Below, piece after piece: positions 10,940 to 25,570 of a stretch of 64,000 bases of DNA. Each line of letters begins with the position of its first letter. Positions within the stretch are counted from its first letter, which is position 1. Origin of the DNA: Octopus vulgaris (Eukaryota); assembly GCA_951406725.2 (NCBI GenBank), contig OX597826.1:62558001-62622000 (forward strand), given 5' to 3'. Below the pieces are notes generated by a model, which saw nothing but the letters and a program-made list of their open reading frames with translations, was not told where the DNA came from and did not search any database. Made by a program: the position numbers and the translations under genes.

Positions 10940-13900
10940 TGGCGGTGCCCCAGCATGGCTACAGCTCGTCAGCTGAAACTAGAATCAATCAATATATATA
11001 TGTGTTTGCATATAACTGTCCTGAAAACTCCTCACATCCTTCAGCAGCACCTGTATTTCAATTGTCCAGCAATATCACACGTTGGGTGTATTTGTCGGCA
11101 CTTGCTGGAATTTGGACTTATTTCGTTAGTAACTTATTGTTCTTTCCTCCACTTACTGCCGTTTCCCCACTTTCAATGGACATTAATAGCCCTACATATT
11201 TGGGAATACTGTTACCCCATGTTTGATTTATTCATCTTATTTCATTTTATTTTTGTTTTATTATTTCTTATTTTCCCTTTATTTTATTGTACTCTATATC
11301 CACCATCTCCCACCGTACATTGTATGTGTCTGCTTGTTCTTGGTACTATGTTAGTTGGGCTTACCAGGAGATATTTGTAAAAATTGGATGTACTATGTAA
11401 AACTGTAAGTGTAGCCCGTTGATGGTAATTTTAAGTCTACACCCTTTTAGAGTTAATATATTATTAGATTATATTTTTTAGATTATTAGATTTATTGATA
11501 GGATTAATCTAATTTTAGGGTAAAGTAATATAAGCACAGCTTGTTGATTGTAATAGTACTTTTTTGCACCAACTTTGAGCTAATATAGTTTTAGTTTATA
11601 ATTTTTGATTATTAGATTTAATTAGTATTTCATTCTAGTCTTAGGGTATTTGTTACAGCTTTTTAAGTACGTTTAGTAAATTGTTTGAATTAAGGAAACT
11701 TTACGCATAGTATTAATTTGCCAGTGGATCCGGTATTAACTGTACCCATATAGTGCCTATATAGTATTTTAAACTGTTTAAATAGTGTTAGGAACTATAT
11801 TACTTTAATAAGTATGTAATGCTTATTAAGCATATTTATTATACTGTGGCAACTTGTGAGATTTATTAATTAATTTAACATGTGATTTGGTCTTAAATAT
11901 TAACCTCCTAATTGTAAGTGGCTTTTTATTTGTGCATTGTAGTGTATGTATTTGATGTTTTTTCTTGTGTACCTGTATATATCTATTTATTACCAAAATT
12001 CGCTATCTATGAAGTTAAGCCGAAAATCATTTCTTAATAGCCTTAATGAATCGCTGAATTACATGTACTAGCTAGTTGCCTCCCCTTAACTACCACCCAA
12101 GGCTTCTTACTCTGACAGTTCCTTCTGGCATGTTATAACGTTTAGCTGCTGAGGAAACCCCACACCACTTATAACATTGTATTCCCCACCGGACGCTCTA
12201 TCTTTTCTTGTTTATTTTTACTGACATCTCCATTGTAACGGTTTTAACTTGTGACTCCGGTTCAAATTGTAATTGTCCAATTGTAGAGAGCACTGAACAT
12301 AGACTTGCCCCATTGTGGACAATGGGTGGGATTCTCGGTAATATTTCTGTGAATAAAATTTCTTAAGCACCCTACAATAATGGTTTAGGTACATTTACTT
12401 GAGTTTACTTCGTTAACATAGGCACTGTCCTTTGATAATCACGTTAATATGTTTCCTTATGTATATTTTTGACAACTTCTTTCCCTAAATTTTAGAACAT
12501 CTTGGCTCTATTCCTCTTAATAAGAAACTATCCATAAATAAATTGTAGTATTACTTAGACCATTACTATCTAACTCTTTTATCTATGGACCTCGTAGCCC
12601 TTAATGGTCAATCATATGCTTTTAACATATTGGTTTTCTAGATTACTTTTCTAGGTCATATTTTCTTTCCTATTCCTGCTTCCCTTTGTTTATCTTTCAG
12701 TTTCCTTCTACCAGGCTTTGATCGGCCTAGGGGTATGGTAGAAGAAACTCGGCACAGAGGGCACGCTGTGGGATTGAACCCAGTACCATGTCAGTGGAAA
12801 ACAAAGCCTTTCATTTGACATTTCTGTCACATGAGTGAAAGCAGTTTCCGACAAATGAAACTAAAAATAAACGATGCACCAACCGAACATTTGCAAGTGA
12901 AATACTGAGGCAATACCTGGGATTCGAACATTTAAAACAAGATTTACAGCACTAAAGGCCTCCAATGAATTCGGAAGATTTTGTGTTCGTGTATGTTTAC
13001 GAGTGTGAGAGTAAGTAAAAGTGAGAAAGGGAGAGAAAGAGAGGGAGAGAGAACGAGTGTGTGTGCTTCTGTGTGTATGTGCTTGTGTGTATGTGTGTGT
13101 GTGTGAGCGTGTGCATGTGTGTTAGTGAGAGTGCTTGCGCGCGTGTTTGTGTGGAGGGCAAAGAACCATTAGCGTTATTATACTTGTGTATTCAATGCAT
13201 TGTAAGTTCATGTATTCAGTAGACTGAAAGATGAGGAAAACGATGACAAGGATATTTAATATACAGCCAGGGATGATGGATGTGAGCAGTTGTATGAAAT
13301 CATCTTGTTGAGAGAAACAAACCTTAACAATGTAAAGAGATAGACGTAAATCTCCGTAGGTTATTTACCTACTTAAAAACTGATGTTTCAGTGAACTTGA
13401 TGATATATTTGTGAGTTTCGCTATAACAAAGCTTTATGAATCCGTGCTATAATAAATATCTTTAAAAAAATGCTTTAATAAAACAGAATTATGAGACAAC
13501 CGTAATTTAAAAACCACCTTTTTGACGTGTTGTGCGTTTTCTTATTGAGTGTATGCGTGTGTTTATGTGCGCGTGTGTGTGTGTGTGTGTGTGTGTGTTT
13601 GTTGTTAATACTTATAAATACATAATTACATGTGTGTACTGAGAGGACTGGAAATTATGTGGACCATGAAGAATAAATAATTTTATTGTCTAAACTTATA
13701 TATACAATTCAAGTTGTCCAAGCCTGCCGTTTTCATAGCATCCACTCTCCTACTCTTGTATTCATGAGGCCTTTTGTATTCTGCATGCAGGAAACACCCA
13801 ACTCCAATGGTGGAGTACCATTTGATAGGAATACTAGAATAGTTGGTATTCACACTATTTACATTGCAGGCGCTCACACGACGAGGGGTCCGGATAAACC

Positions 13901-14020
13901 TGGGCACTCGATATCTGTATACTTGAACAATCGAAGAACACATAGTGCACATTTATGTTTGTGAATATGAATACCTTCTCATGCTTCGATCATATACACC
14001 TTTCCGAAGTATTTAAAACA

Positions 14021-14051
<31 letters not shown>

Positions 14052-14071
14052 TATATATATATAATATATAT

Positions 14072-14457
14072 ATAAATAACACCAGATGGATAATATGTCA
14101 ATTCACTGCAGTTGTTTCCAAAGAATTTTTAATTAATTAATGGGGTCATTACATCATAAGAAAACACCGTTTTCATCAGGTGGGTACATGAACCACAATG
14201 TTTAAAAGTATTCAAAATCCAACGAGATATGCATCTTCATAATTCTCTGACTTTCTGATATTCACACCAAGAAAGGTCATAAAATCATGAAGATGCAGAT
14301 CCCGTTGGATTTTGAATGCTTTTAAACATTGTGGTTCATGTACTCATTTGATTAAAACGTTTTTTTTCCATATGATGTTTTGACTCCATCAATCAAATAA
14401 AAATTAGTTGGAAACAGCTGTAGTGAATTGACACATTATCCATCCGCTGTTATTTAT
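14072..14457. mobile_element. Long imperfect inverted repeat (~173-bp arms, ~38-nt spacer), probably an inverted pLTR
   Basis: 14072-14244 is the reverse complement of 14283-14457. The right arm contains GAAACAGCTGTAGTGAA (hammerhead 3' half). Confidence 0.7.
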
Positions 14458-14749
14458 TCATTTATTATTCACCTCTCTCGAAATCTGCTCCTTGTGTAGA
14501 TCCGAAGTATACTATGTGCCGTACATTTATTACAATGTGCGTTTCTTGATTAGCCTCAGGGCTATTGATATACTCAATCGGATAATCTTAATCGTATACA
14601 TAACCTGAATATCCTTCTGTTTGAATTTCGGTACCCGCGTATATATTCATCTATTTACCCTGTATATACATTAATTATTGACCCAACCCACTGCCTTATC
14701 TTTTAACTGCTGATTAACTTGAATCCTGATCTATTATAAATATATACAC

Positions 14750-14966
14750 AAAGAGGTGCTGAAAAGTTCTTGACTGTCGGTAAAAGAAAATACAAGAGAA
14801 TCATTCAATTAATTATTTGTTCAACAGAATCCCCCTCTCAGATTCACGCAATTATTGCAGCGGTCCTTCAGTTTTTCTAAAGCCTGTAAAAGAACTTGGA
14901 AGTTGGGGCCTCCAATCCAACCTTTCGCGATACCCTTAAAGCCAGGAACTTTTCAATGCACCCTCC
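14750..14966. mobile_element. mariner-type MITE
   Basis: TIRs GAGGTGCTGAAAAGTTCTTGAC ... GCCAGGAACTTTTCAATGCACCCTC, with TA at the right flank. Confidence 0.7.
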
Positions 14967-15000
14967 TATATACATGCATGCATGTATATATATATATATA

Positions 15001-15150
15001 CCGGAGTAAACACATAAATGTGAAACAAGGTGGAAAAAAGAGTATTCAAATACCAGTGGTAGAGTAATATGCTTTATTTAAAGCAGCAGAAAATTCAACG
15101 GGAAACTCAGAGTAACAGGTTTTGTTGAATTTTCTGCTGCTCTAAATAAA

Positions 15151-15156
<6 letters not shown>
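15001..15156. mobile_element. (TA)n-embedded fold-back element (33-bp arms)
   Basis: 15067-15099 pairs with 15124-15156. The spacer has GAAAC-TCAGA-GTA-ACAG (hammerhead 3'-half-like). Homologous to 1-86. Confidence 0.65.
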
Positions 15157-15185
<29 letters not shown>

Positions 15186-15332
15186 CCTGCTCGCTTAGCC
15201 AGCGGGGTGGCGTCATTCGAAGGCTAAAACAATGCGAACGCATTGTGACCAGCTATGTGTAGCAACATCTAATGGTCTGGTCGATCACGTGATCACGTGA
15301 TATATATATATACATATATATATATGATGTAT

Positions 15333-15382
<50 letters not shown>

Positions 15383-16471
15383 GTTTCCACATATGTATAT
15401 CTATCTAAGTATTTTCACTCATACCGAGAGGCGGTGAGAGAGAGAATTACAGAAAACTTTCTTCTCGTAATTCTTTTTCTGACAAATTGACGAAATTATT
15501 TAATTTTCTCTTACAGCTTTTTCTTCCGATTTTATGCGTCTTTAACTATTTAATATGCCACTCATACAATTTTATTTTACCTGAAAACATGTAAGAAAAT
15601 ATTTCAGAATTATCTCATCATAGAATACAGATGTATCCTATTCGAGGAATGAAAACGAACATTTTCATTGCGTTAGTTCCTCCGCGTTTGAACGCATCCT
15701 TAAGCGTTTATTGGGAATCCATACACTTTAGCACTGCGTATTGATTATACACGTATATCCGTGTAAGTAGGGTGAATAGCAAACCGGAAATTGAAAGTCA
15801 TACTAAAGGCAGATTGTTGGAACCTTATTGAAACTTTAAAATATTAACATTCCTCTGCCTATTGGACTAAAGTTACTTTTCTTGTCATCATTGTTGTTGT
15901 TGCAGCTGTTGAACTATATTGCTCTGGAATATTCTAAAGTTATGTGTCAGATCAAATCGACGTAAACTTGCATACCCAGTTGCCGATATTCATTTGGGTT
16001 TCATGTGTGTGTTGCTTATTGTTTTATTTCTGAACCGGAGGAAGGGCGGCAACCTTGTTCGTTCCCTGGTATTTCCTGACTGTATAGCAAAGAGAGGTAA
16101 TTTACTACAGACTAATCTTCACAGTAGAGTGGACACCTTTGAGGACCTTCAAGGATTAATTAGAGAGGTGTCACATTGAGGTGACACATTGAGCAAGAAC
16201 AGGAAATTAGTTCCACCCACTTTCTGTCTACAAAATCTCACAGAAAAGATTTAGTCAAGTTGTGGCTATAGTATGGCAGACGAGACACTAGCTTAAGGCA
16301 CTGCTCATTGATGTCGAACTCGGAACCAGAAGTTATGAATCTAATTTTGTTAGCTAGATATATTTTTCACCAGTTATCTTGTGAAATTCGTATTAAAATA
16401 CAATAATACATGACAACGACAAAAGGCATTGTGAAAGAACAAATTCATTAATCTTCTTGCTAACAATCATT

Positions 16472-16737
16472 GTACCAGTTACGCACTGGGGTCGATATAA
16501 TTTACTTATTTCTTTACTGCCCACAAGGGACTAAATACAGAGAGGACAAACAACGACAGAACAAACGGATTAAGTCGATTATATCGACCCAGTGCGTAAC
16601 TGGTACTTAATTTATCAACCCCGAAAGGATGAAAGGCAAAGTTTACCTCGGCGGAATTTGAACTCAGAACGAAACGGCAGACGAAATATGGCTACGTATT
16701 TCGCCCGGCGTGCTAACGTTTCTGCCAGCTCGCCGCC
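16472..16737 (-). mobile_element. SINE family A, full length, with a short inverted fragment beyond its tail (16472-16500)
   Basis: Matches the consensus. 16472-16500 is a plus-strand copy of GTACCAGTTACGCACTGGGGTCGATATAAT. Confidence 0.9.
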
Positions 16738-17118
16738 TTGCAAAAGCAATAATTTACTGTTGCAAGCAGCTATTGATGTTCATGGTAGTGGTGGTATTGA
16801 CGTTATTAATGATGTTTAGCCCCAGACCAACCTTCATCCAGATGATGTATGATTAAGTATATTCTTGTAGTGATACTTTTGTCATTTTGTATATCAAGGA
16901 CAATATTTCCTAACATGTATTTTCATCGTTTTTGAGGAAAACCTTACTTCTATTTCTGCAGGTCGATCCATAATATAGACTTCTCTTCGTCGGATGGCCA
17001 ATAGTAGAGTGATTTGACGGACTGTGCTCAATTCCTCCTGATCTACCTATACTTTCGTCGTCGTCTTTATTGTTGTTGTTGTTTTTGTTATTTATCTCTT
17101 GTGTCTATTTATGCTTCT

Positions 17119-17368
17119 TATTTCGTTATTGCCCACAAGGGGCTAAACACAGAGAGGACAAACAAGGACAGACAAACGGATTAAGTCGATTATATCGACC
17201 CCAGTGCGTAACTGGTACTTATTTAATCGACCCCGAAAGGATGAAAGGCAAAGTCGACCTCGGCGGAATTTGAACTCAGAACGTAGCGGCAGACGAAATA
17301 CCACTAAGCATTTCGCCCGGCGTGCTAACGATTCTGCCAGCTCGCCGCCTTAGCCAGCTCGCCGCCTT
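17119..17368 (-). mobile_element. SINE family A, full length, with a duplicated 5' head segment
   Basis: Matches the consensus. GCCAGCTCGCCGCCTT is repeated in tandem at ~17336-17368. Confidence 0.92.
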
Positions 17369-18064
17369 GACCAGCTCTCTAAAACTCTTATCGTTTCCTT
17401 CCCCTTCTGAGACGGCTTGGGCTCTTTTGAGGCACTTATGCTACTATTTCTTGCGGGTAGAGCAATCATGTAATGCCTTCTTTTCAAGAAGTGTTAGGGA
17501 ACACACACATACACACAAACTACCGCCCCTTGCTTAAAAATAAATTATCGAATTCCACAAAGTAATTACTACACATCAAGTCATTGCATTGTCTTTATTG
17601 GAGGGTTTTTGTCTTTGTTAGTCTCTGTTATATTCGGAACATATATATAAAGGTTATATTCGGAACATCACTATTTTCTTTTAGCTCTAGATTACGTCAA
17701 CTTAACCAGACTTGCGGATTTCACTTAATTATTTGCTTTGTCGACGCAGAGCAAGACTAATTCCCTCTGAATTTGCTATTTTTATTCATAAACAATGTTA
17801 ATCAGTCATTAGCTTCCTCTGTCTAGTATCTGAATTAATTTATAGGAATTATATTTCTATCCAAGGCTTCTAGATTCTGTGAAATAGGTACCTGAAATAT
17901 ATGGTTAATCTGAATCTTTCGACTATAACGTCCTTTATAGAAATATATACCGTACGTGGTGCTATAAAATGTGCTGAAGTATATTAAACACTTACGAATC
18001 TCAGAAATACATATTCAGGGAAAATGCTTTAGAGCCTTAAGTCATGTAATACAGATCCACCGTA

Positions 18065-18270
18065 AAGGTGGCCAACTGGTAAAATCGTTAGTAAGCCGAT
18101 CAAAATGCTTAGCGGCATTCAGTCTGTCTTTACGTTCTTATTTCAAATTCCGCCGAAATCGACTTTGCCTTTCGGTGTCGATGAAATAAGTACAAGATAA
18201 GCACTGGGGTTCATGTAATCAACTCCCCGCTCCCTAAATTTGCTAACCTTGTTCCAAAATTTGAAACCAA
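18065..18270 (+). mobile_element. Older SINE family A copy with alternative tail
   Basis: Diverged head and body, ending CCCTAAATTTGCTAACCTTGTTCCAAAATTTGAAACCAAT. Confidence 0.7.
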
Positions 18271-19389
18271 TACAAGCCATCTAGCTTTGCATGTAGCACT
18301 GGAGGTGATTTGTGGGGGGCATCTTTTTGTTTTTGTCTTTGTTTCTTTTTTATTTTGAAAATATTGTCATATAACAACAAATTCAGTACCAATATTTAAC
18401 AATCTTATATGACAGCTATACAGTAATATAACATATATTATATATTATGTTCGCCATATTCCGGCCATACTTTCTGCGCAGTAATGACAGTTTAGTGAAG
18501 TTGGGTGTTAAACATGTTGTATTACCATAGTGAAATTACAGCGTCTGTGCCACTACCCGCGACTTTGATTCTTCTTATCTCCGACATATATTTTATTGAT
18601 TAGGGAACATACATAGATGTGGACATTTAATTTAGCAGAAGAACACGTGATTATATGTACGGCCTAACAACCCATTTAGCATGTCTATATATACAATTCC
18701 GTCATTTATTTTACAGTAACACTCAACATTTGGCCATTTTCCAACCAGTATGTTGTTTTATGTTTTCTATGACTTCCCGATCGTATAATAGGGACGAATT
18801 TTATACAATAAGACAATAATATTGTCAGATTTTGTGTCGTTAAATGGTCGTAGTGTCGTGAAGAATCACATCAAACCACTTATAAATCAGCGAACAAGTG
18901 ACAGCTGCCATATTAGATTTCGCCAATGATATCAATCCAAATAGAAGAAAGCAAATAGCAACGAATGATTGATGGTAATTGTGTTAGAAAGTAGCATCTA
19001 CAACTAGATACGGAATGCTCGAGTGAATACGTTGTAGATCAATTCCCCTCCTGGGACATAATCATGATTTTAAAACCACTACTGGTATTACATTTTCTTT
19101 TAAAATATTTTTACAGTCAATTTCTTTGGGTCTTTCACCGAAAACGGGTATCAAATCTTTGAGTAAGTCAATAAGATTTCACACCTATTGATACCACATC
19201 TATGATCAAATCAGATCAAGTAACTCAATTTTGTTTGCAGCAAATAAATCAATATACGTTACTAATTTATTACCCACTTTTTCTTGTCTATTTGCTCTTT
19301 AGATTTATGTTGGTAAAAGTAAGTTGTAAGCTACAAGCTGTAAGCTGCTTATCTAGTTAGATCTTACTTGTACCAAGCTAATTGGGAGA

Positions 19390-20095
19390 ATATAATTTCT
19401 ATGAAAGCTGTCATTATTTTGTTGAAATTTAAGGGCATAATAGTTAGTACGTGGGAAAAGGTGTTACAGTATTTCTTCTGGCTTTTTCCCGTTTTAAGTT
19501 CAAATCCTGCTGCCATCATCTTTGTATTTCTCTCTTTCGGGCTTAATAAAATAAAGCATTCCAGATAAACTATTTCCATCACCCAAATTTCAGGCTTTCT
19601 CTCTGTGGTGCAAGTAATTAGAGGTTAATGGATTGCCAGAATCAGTAGAATACCTGGTGGTAGTTTAGTACTTTACGTTCCGACTTTGCATCCCGCCGAG
19701 GTCATCTTTACCTCTCTTCATTTTGCAGTCGATAAAATTAAGTACGAATCAAGTTGTAGGGTCGAAATTAACGTCTGACCCACACGCCACAAAAGGCTAC
19801 ATTTGTCCCTAAATTACATGTATTTATTATTAATATTACTCAATTTACCGCTCCCACTTCCCCCCAAAATTGCTGGCCATGTGCAGAAATTGGTAACTAT
19901 ATTTGTTTTATAATTTAGCACAATGTCAGTAATTTCGGGGCACGTTCGGAACAAGTGGTACTTATTTTATCAACCCCTAATGAATGAAAAGCAGAGTCGA
20001 CCTCGGCATCATTTGAACTCAGTATATAAATACGGACGATATACCACTAAGCATTTTGAACGACATGCTGACGACTCTATCAAACCTCTGCCTTC
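19390..20095. mobile_element. Cluster of old SINE family A fragments in both orientations
   Basis: Diverged B-boxes (GTTCAAATCC), GTCGATAAAATTAAGTAC cores and CCCCAAAATTGCTGGCC tails. Confidence 0.6.
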
Positions 20096-20645
20096 AAATT
20101 GGAAACTATTACATTAAATGATGTACATAAAATTAAGTAACGTATTTGGCATGTAAAAACAGGGGCTTGCTTTCGATTCACAACTGACGGGAGATAATTC
20201 CCCTTTACAAGTCAGGTGACCTTCGATAAAATATTTTCACGAACGTTACAAAATTTTAAAGATGCTATTCTGTAAATTTGACGACTTTTTGTGACGAGAC
20301 AACTAATCAATATTATTTATAAAACACTTTCCAATCGTTGTGGACAGGAAATTGCATTTAGTTTTCCTCAGAATTTCTAATGAATTCACACGCCAATCAA
20401 TGTTGCTAAGGCAGACTCTGTTTTTATGACAAATTGATTGCTTTCGGTCGAACAGTTCCGAAATGAAATGGTAATTAAAACTGGGAATTTTAGCGAACTG
20501 CCTGTATGTAGATTTGTTCGATGTAGACACGCAAATGATGCCAGTAGTAGTAGTAGTAGTAGTGGTGGTGGTGGTAGTGGTGGTGATAGTAGTAGTAGTA
20601 GTAGTGGTGGTGGTGGTGGTGGTGATAGTAGTAGTAGTGGTGGTG

Positions 20646-20678
<33 letters not shown>

Positions 20679-20746
20679 TTGGTGGTGGTGGTGGTAGTAG
20701 TAGTAGTAGTGGTGGTGGTGGTAATAGTAGTAGCAGTAGTGGTGGC

Positions 20747-20780
<34 letters not shown>

Positions 20781-21074
20781 GTGTATGTCACTGATGGTGA
20801 TGGTAGCCAACCAAGATGATGATCATGATGCATTGCTGCTGATGTGCTAGTTGATGTTTTAGCAATTATGTCTTTTGATTGGACCCTAGAGTATTATTTT
20901 ATTGTTTTGTTATGTTTTTGTTTTTTCTATTTTGTAAGAGCGGAAATATTTCCATTTAATTGAAGTGGAACGATATGAAAAATCAAGACCGGATCCGTGA
21001 ACATTTCATCTTAATCAGTGAAGTAACGACATCATATACTGTTAGAATATTAAGTCTACTGAAAATACTGATTT

Positions 21075-21537
21075 CTATTATTATAGGTCGAAGGCGTGAA
21101 ATTTGGGGGTAAGGGATCTAGTCGGTTTCAAATTTTGGCACAAGAGTAGCAAGTTTGGTGATGGGATTAGTCGATTATAATCTACCTCAGTGCTCAATTG
21201 ACAATTATTTCCTCGACCCTAATGGACAAAATATAAAGTCGACGACGGCGAAATTTGAACTCAAAACGTAAAAACGGACGAAATGCCGCGGTGCGCTAAC
21301 ATTTTTACCAGCCTGCCTCCTTAAATCTACAGATAACATTGATTTCAAGTTTTGGCACAAGGACAGCAATTTCGGGTTAGGGGACAAGGTGATTACATCG
21401 CCCCCAGCACTCAATTGCTACTTATTTTATAGGCAAAGTCGACCTCAGCGGAATTTGAACTCAGAACGTGAAGATGAACTAAATGCAGCTGTGCATTTTG
21501 CCCGGCGTGTTAACGATTCTGCCAGCTCGCCGCCTTA
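21075..21537 (-). mobile_element. Head-to-tail array of SINE family A copies (alternative tail)
   Basis: At least two heads (~21537, ~21320) and three tail segments (TTTTGGCACAAG..) in the same orientation. Confidence 0.75.
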
Positions 21538-21789
21538 AGTCTGCAGACGGTATTGGTTGTGTAAAAGCTAGTTTCACTAATGATTAATCAACGAATTATA
21601 TCAAAGATATCAGGGCAAAATTAGCTGAAACGTCAAATCTGACGATCTTTTGCAATGCGTAATACAACGAATCGCTTTAGCAATCTCTCGCTGCAATGAT
21701 TTTCCTATTCATGTGCTAAGGGATTGCTGACGCTCACACCTGCAATGAATGTAAGTTAAAAAGAAACTATATACATGTATATAGATGCA

Positions 21790-22260
21790 GACATTGCTCT
21801 CCTGATTAAGAAATCTGCTTTCAAGCCACGTAGTTTCTGGTGTGACCTAATTGCGTGGCATCTTAGGCAAGTAACTTCTACTTTAGCACCGAGCTGGTCG
21901 ATGCTCTGTGAGCGAATTTGGTAGACGAAAACTCACTTGGAAGCTTTCAGCATATGTGTGTGAATATGTGTGTGCGTATGTACATATATGGATAGACAGA
22001 CAAACAGACAGATAAATAGACAGATATGTCTGCATGTTTGTATATGTATATGTATACCGTTGTGTTTACACTCCATTTGCTTCACAGCCAAATTTCTCCC
22101 TTTAACCTAGCGGTTAGACAAAAGCGAAGGGCAAAGTAAGTCCCTGACTTTAAAAAAAAATATGTACAATCGCCGATTTCTTCTTTCGACAAATCTCTTC
22201 AAGATGGTATCACAATATGACCGCAGTATATGATTTGAAACGAGTAAAATATAAACAATT
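21790..22260 (+). mobile_element. Old SINE family B copy
   Basis: Diverged match to the family B consensus (TGCGTGGCATCTTAGGCAAG..GAATTTGGTAGACG..GAAACGAGTAAAAT). Confidence 0.65.
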
Positions 22261-23410
22261 TACGAGTGCACATATGATTGTGTGTGTGTGTGAAATGTCA
22301 AACCAGAGTTATTAGTGGAGGATTATCAATCCGGGAAAAACATTTTATCAGCTCTTTAACAATATTTTTTTTAAAAATTAGTAATCAACTCCGCAGTTTT
22401 CATGGCAATGTGCGAGGTTAACGTTCTCTATTATAAATCTGTGTTTGTGCTTCAGTTATACTGGTTTTTACACAATGAAATAAAAATATGTATATACGTG
22501 TATACATCCATATATAACTGTGTGATTTTCACGCTTTAGTTACAATGCCAACAATTTTGAGGGGATGGAGAATACTCATTTTTAACAACCTCGGTACATA
22601 ATCTGATACTTCATTCTATCGACCCTCAAGGGATAGAAATAAAATTTTATCTCGACTTGATTTGAAATCAGAACGTTGAGAGCTTCACTTAATATGTGAA
22701 AGCATTTTGACCGACGTTGTGACGCCTTGCGTATCGAAACTGGTTTTAGTAAACACGTATTGAATGTACCTTGGTTTATTCTTGCTTTAACATTATTAAC
22801 GCAAACTCAACATGGATTGTCTTAGTGATTCACTAATCAACTTGTCGCGCAGAAGGAAGAAAAAAACAACATTGCTATATCCCTTATAATTTATGGATAA
22901 CAAAATTTACAGTTTATCATAATATTTTCTATATTTATGGAAACAGATGTTCCGTATCACATAGACAAATACAAAACAACTGCACGAAATTTTCATATAC
23001 TTGCATATATTTTCACATACTTGCATATATTAACTTATGCTCGCATATATTTGCATATAAATGCAAATATTTGCATATGCTAATCAGATAACGTTAATAA
23101 TATTCTTCCCTTCAGACCTACTTGCACTGATAATGTTATCTATACTCAGATACATTTCTTCGCCATTTTCTGTGTTCACATTAACATTCTGTAACATATT
23201 TTTGTTTCACTGTAGGAATCTATTGAAATTATACACAAAGAATCAGCTAGGAATTCATATTTGTTTCGCTTATACCAATGACTTGATTTTTTTATTTATT
23301 TGTAATTTGTTTATACTAACACTGGATTCTATGGAAAAGGAAAGCAATCAAACAAACACACACACACACACACATGTGTATATATATATTTATAAGAATA
23401 TTACAACTAA

Positions 23411-23458
<48 letters not shown>

Positions 23459-23690
23459 CAATAACAATAAATAAATAAAACATATGCATACATACATACA
23501 TACATACATATATGTACATACCTACATCTATATGTATATATACATGCATATATGAGTGCAGGACACTACAAATAAACGTAGAACACAACGAGAAATGAAA
23601 ACATAAAACCAAACAAGCAAACGACGCACACACATGCACACACGCATTGTTGACGGAATAAAATGTATATATATATGTGTGTATATATGT

Positions 23691-23771
<81 letters not shown>

Positions 23772-24428
23772 TAGATGTAGATATAGATAGATAGATAGAT
23801 AGATATTCATATTTATATTAATATTTATATTTATATTTATATTTGTATTCATATATATATATATGCATACATACGTATACATATATATACATGTGTGTGT
23901 ATGTGTATATTCATATTTATATATAGGTATATATTCTCTCATGTATCGGCATACACTCACATATATATATCATATATTTGTATGCATGAATAAGACCGTG
24001 TGAGTGTACGTGCGCGCGTGTGAGAGACAGAGTGTGTGTAGCTAAATATATAGCTATATATCCATCACTCGCAAGCGAGTGTGACTTACTAGTTTATGCC
24101 ACTCTTTCGATTCTTGTTTTAGATTGCAGTATTGTCCCATCGGACATGGAAACACTCTTGTCACAGAGGAACGGCCACTAGTCATTTATTTTATCGACAA
24201 GGAAAAGGATGAGTCAAAGTTGTTATTTAGCAGAATTTAAAATCAGAGCAGAAGGCCAGAACGATTATTACAAAAAATCACACACACACACACAAACATT
24301 CATAGGAACACAAAATTACACTGTTATATACGTGTGTGTGTGTGTAAGAGTATACACATGCGTGGGTGTGGGTTTATATATGTTAATGGAAAAGCACTAT
24401 TGCAAGTGTGTGTGTGTGTGTATGTGCA

Positions 24429-24519
<91 letters not shown>

Positions 24520-24633
24520 AACATACATATATATTGATATGTCTATCAACTTCCCTCTCACAATCATTCTTTGTCTCTTTTTCCCTCTGTCTCTCTAAAA
24601 TCTATTTATCTGTCTATCTATCTATCTATATCC

Positions 24634-24696
<63 letters not shown>

Positions 24697-24732
24697 GGTG
24701 TGTGTGTGTGTATAGAGAGAGAAAGATAGATT

Positions 24733-24819
<87 letters not shown>

Positions 24820-25402
24820 TGATTGATTGATTGATATATAGATTGATGCATACATAAATACATACATACATATAAACAGTGTTAGAAAAACAGACATCTA
24901 CACAAATTTGGGGTGGGGTGAGGAACATATACAAAAGCAGAGAGAAAACCTGTCATTGTTTCAATTTTTCTTAAAACTGACTTGCATCTTAAACAATTCA
25001 GAATATACGAGGTGATCATTCGATTAATCAATATAATAAAACACTATATGAAATAGGACGAGGTCGTTTATCTGTAAGTTATCAGCGATTGATAAGTATA
25101 TACAAGAAAGCAATTCATCATCAAAGTTACGCTTAGATGTCCAACAATTCCCTAAATGTCATGGCCGTCAGGGGAAGAAATTTATATATTCTTAATTCCA
25201 CATATTTGAATATAATTCAATTTCACCTCTCTTCCCGTCTCTCTCTGTCTGAAATACGTGCACACTTATGTCTGTCAGTCTGTCTGCCTGTCTGTCTGTC
25301 TGTCTGTATGTATGTATGTATGTGTGTATGTATGTATGTATGTATGTATGTATGTATGCATGTATCTATGTACGTAAATATGTATGTATATATACATATA
25401 TA

Positions 25403-25433
<31 letters not shown>

Positions 25434-25461
25434 AATATATATATATATACATATATATATG

Positions 25462-25570
<109 letters not shown>

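Noticed and set aside
13683-13964. Overlapping 89/92-aa ORFs on both strands in non-repetitive sequence
   Set aside because: No recognisable domain or convincing splice signals, so it cannot be supported as an exon.
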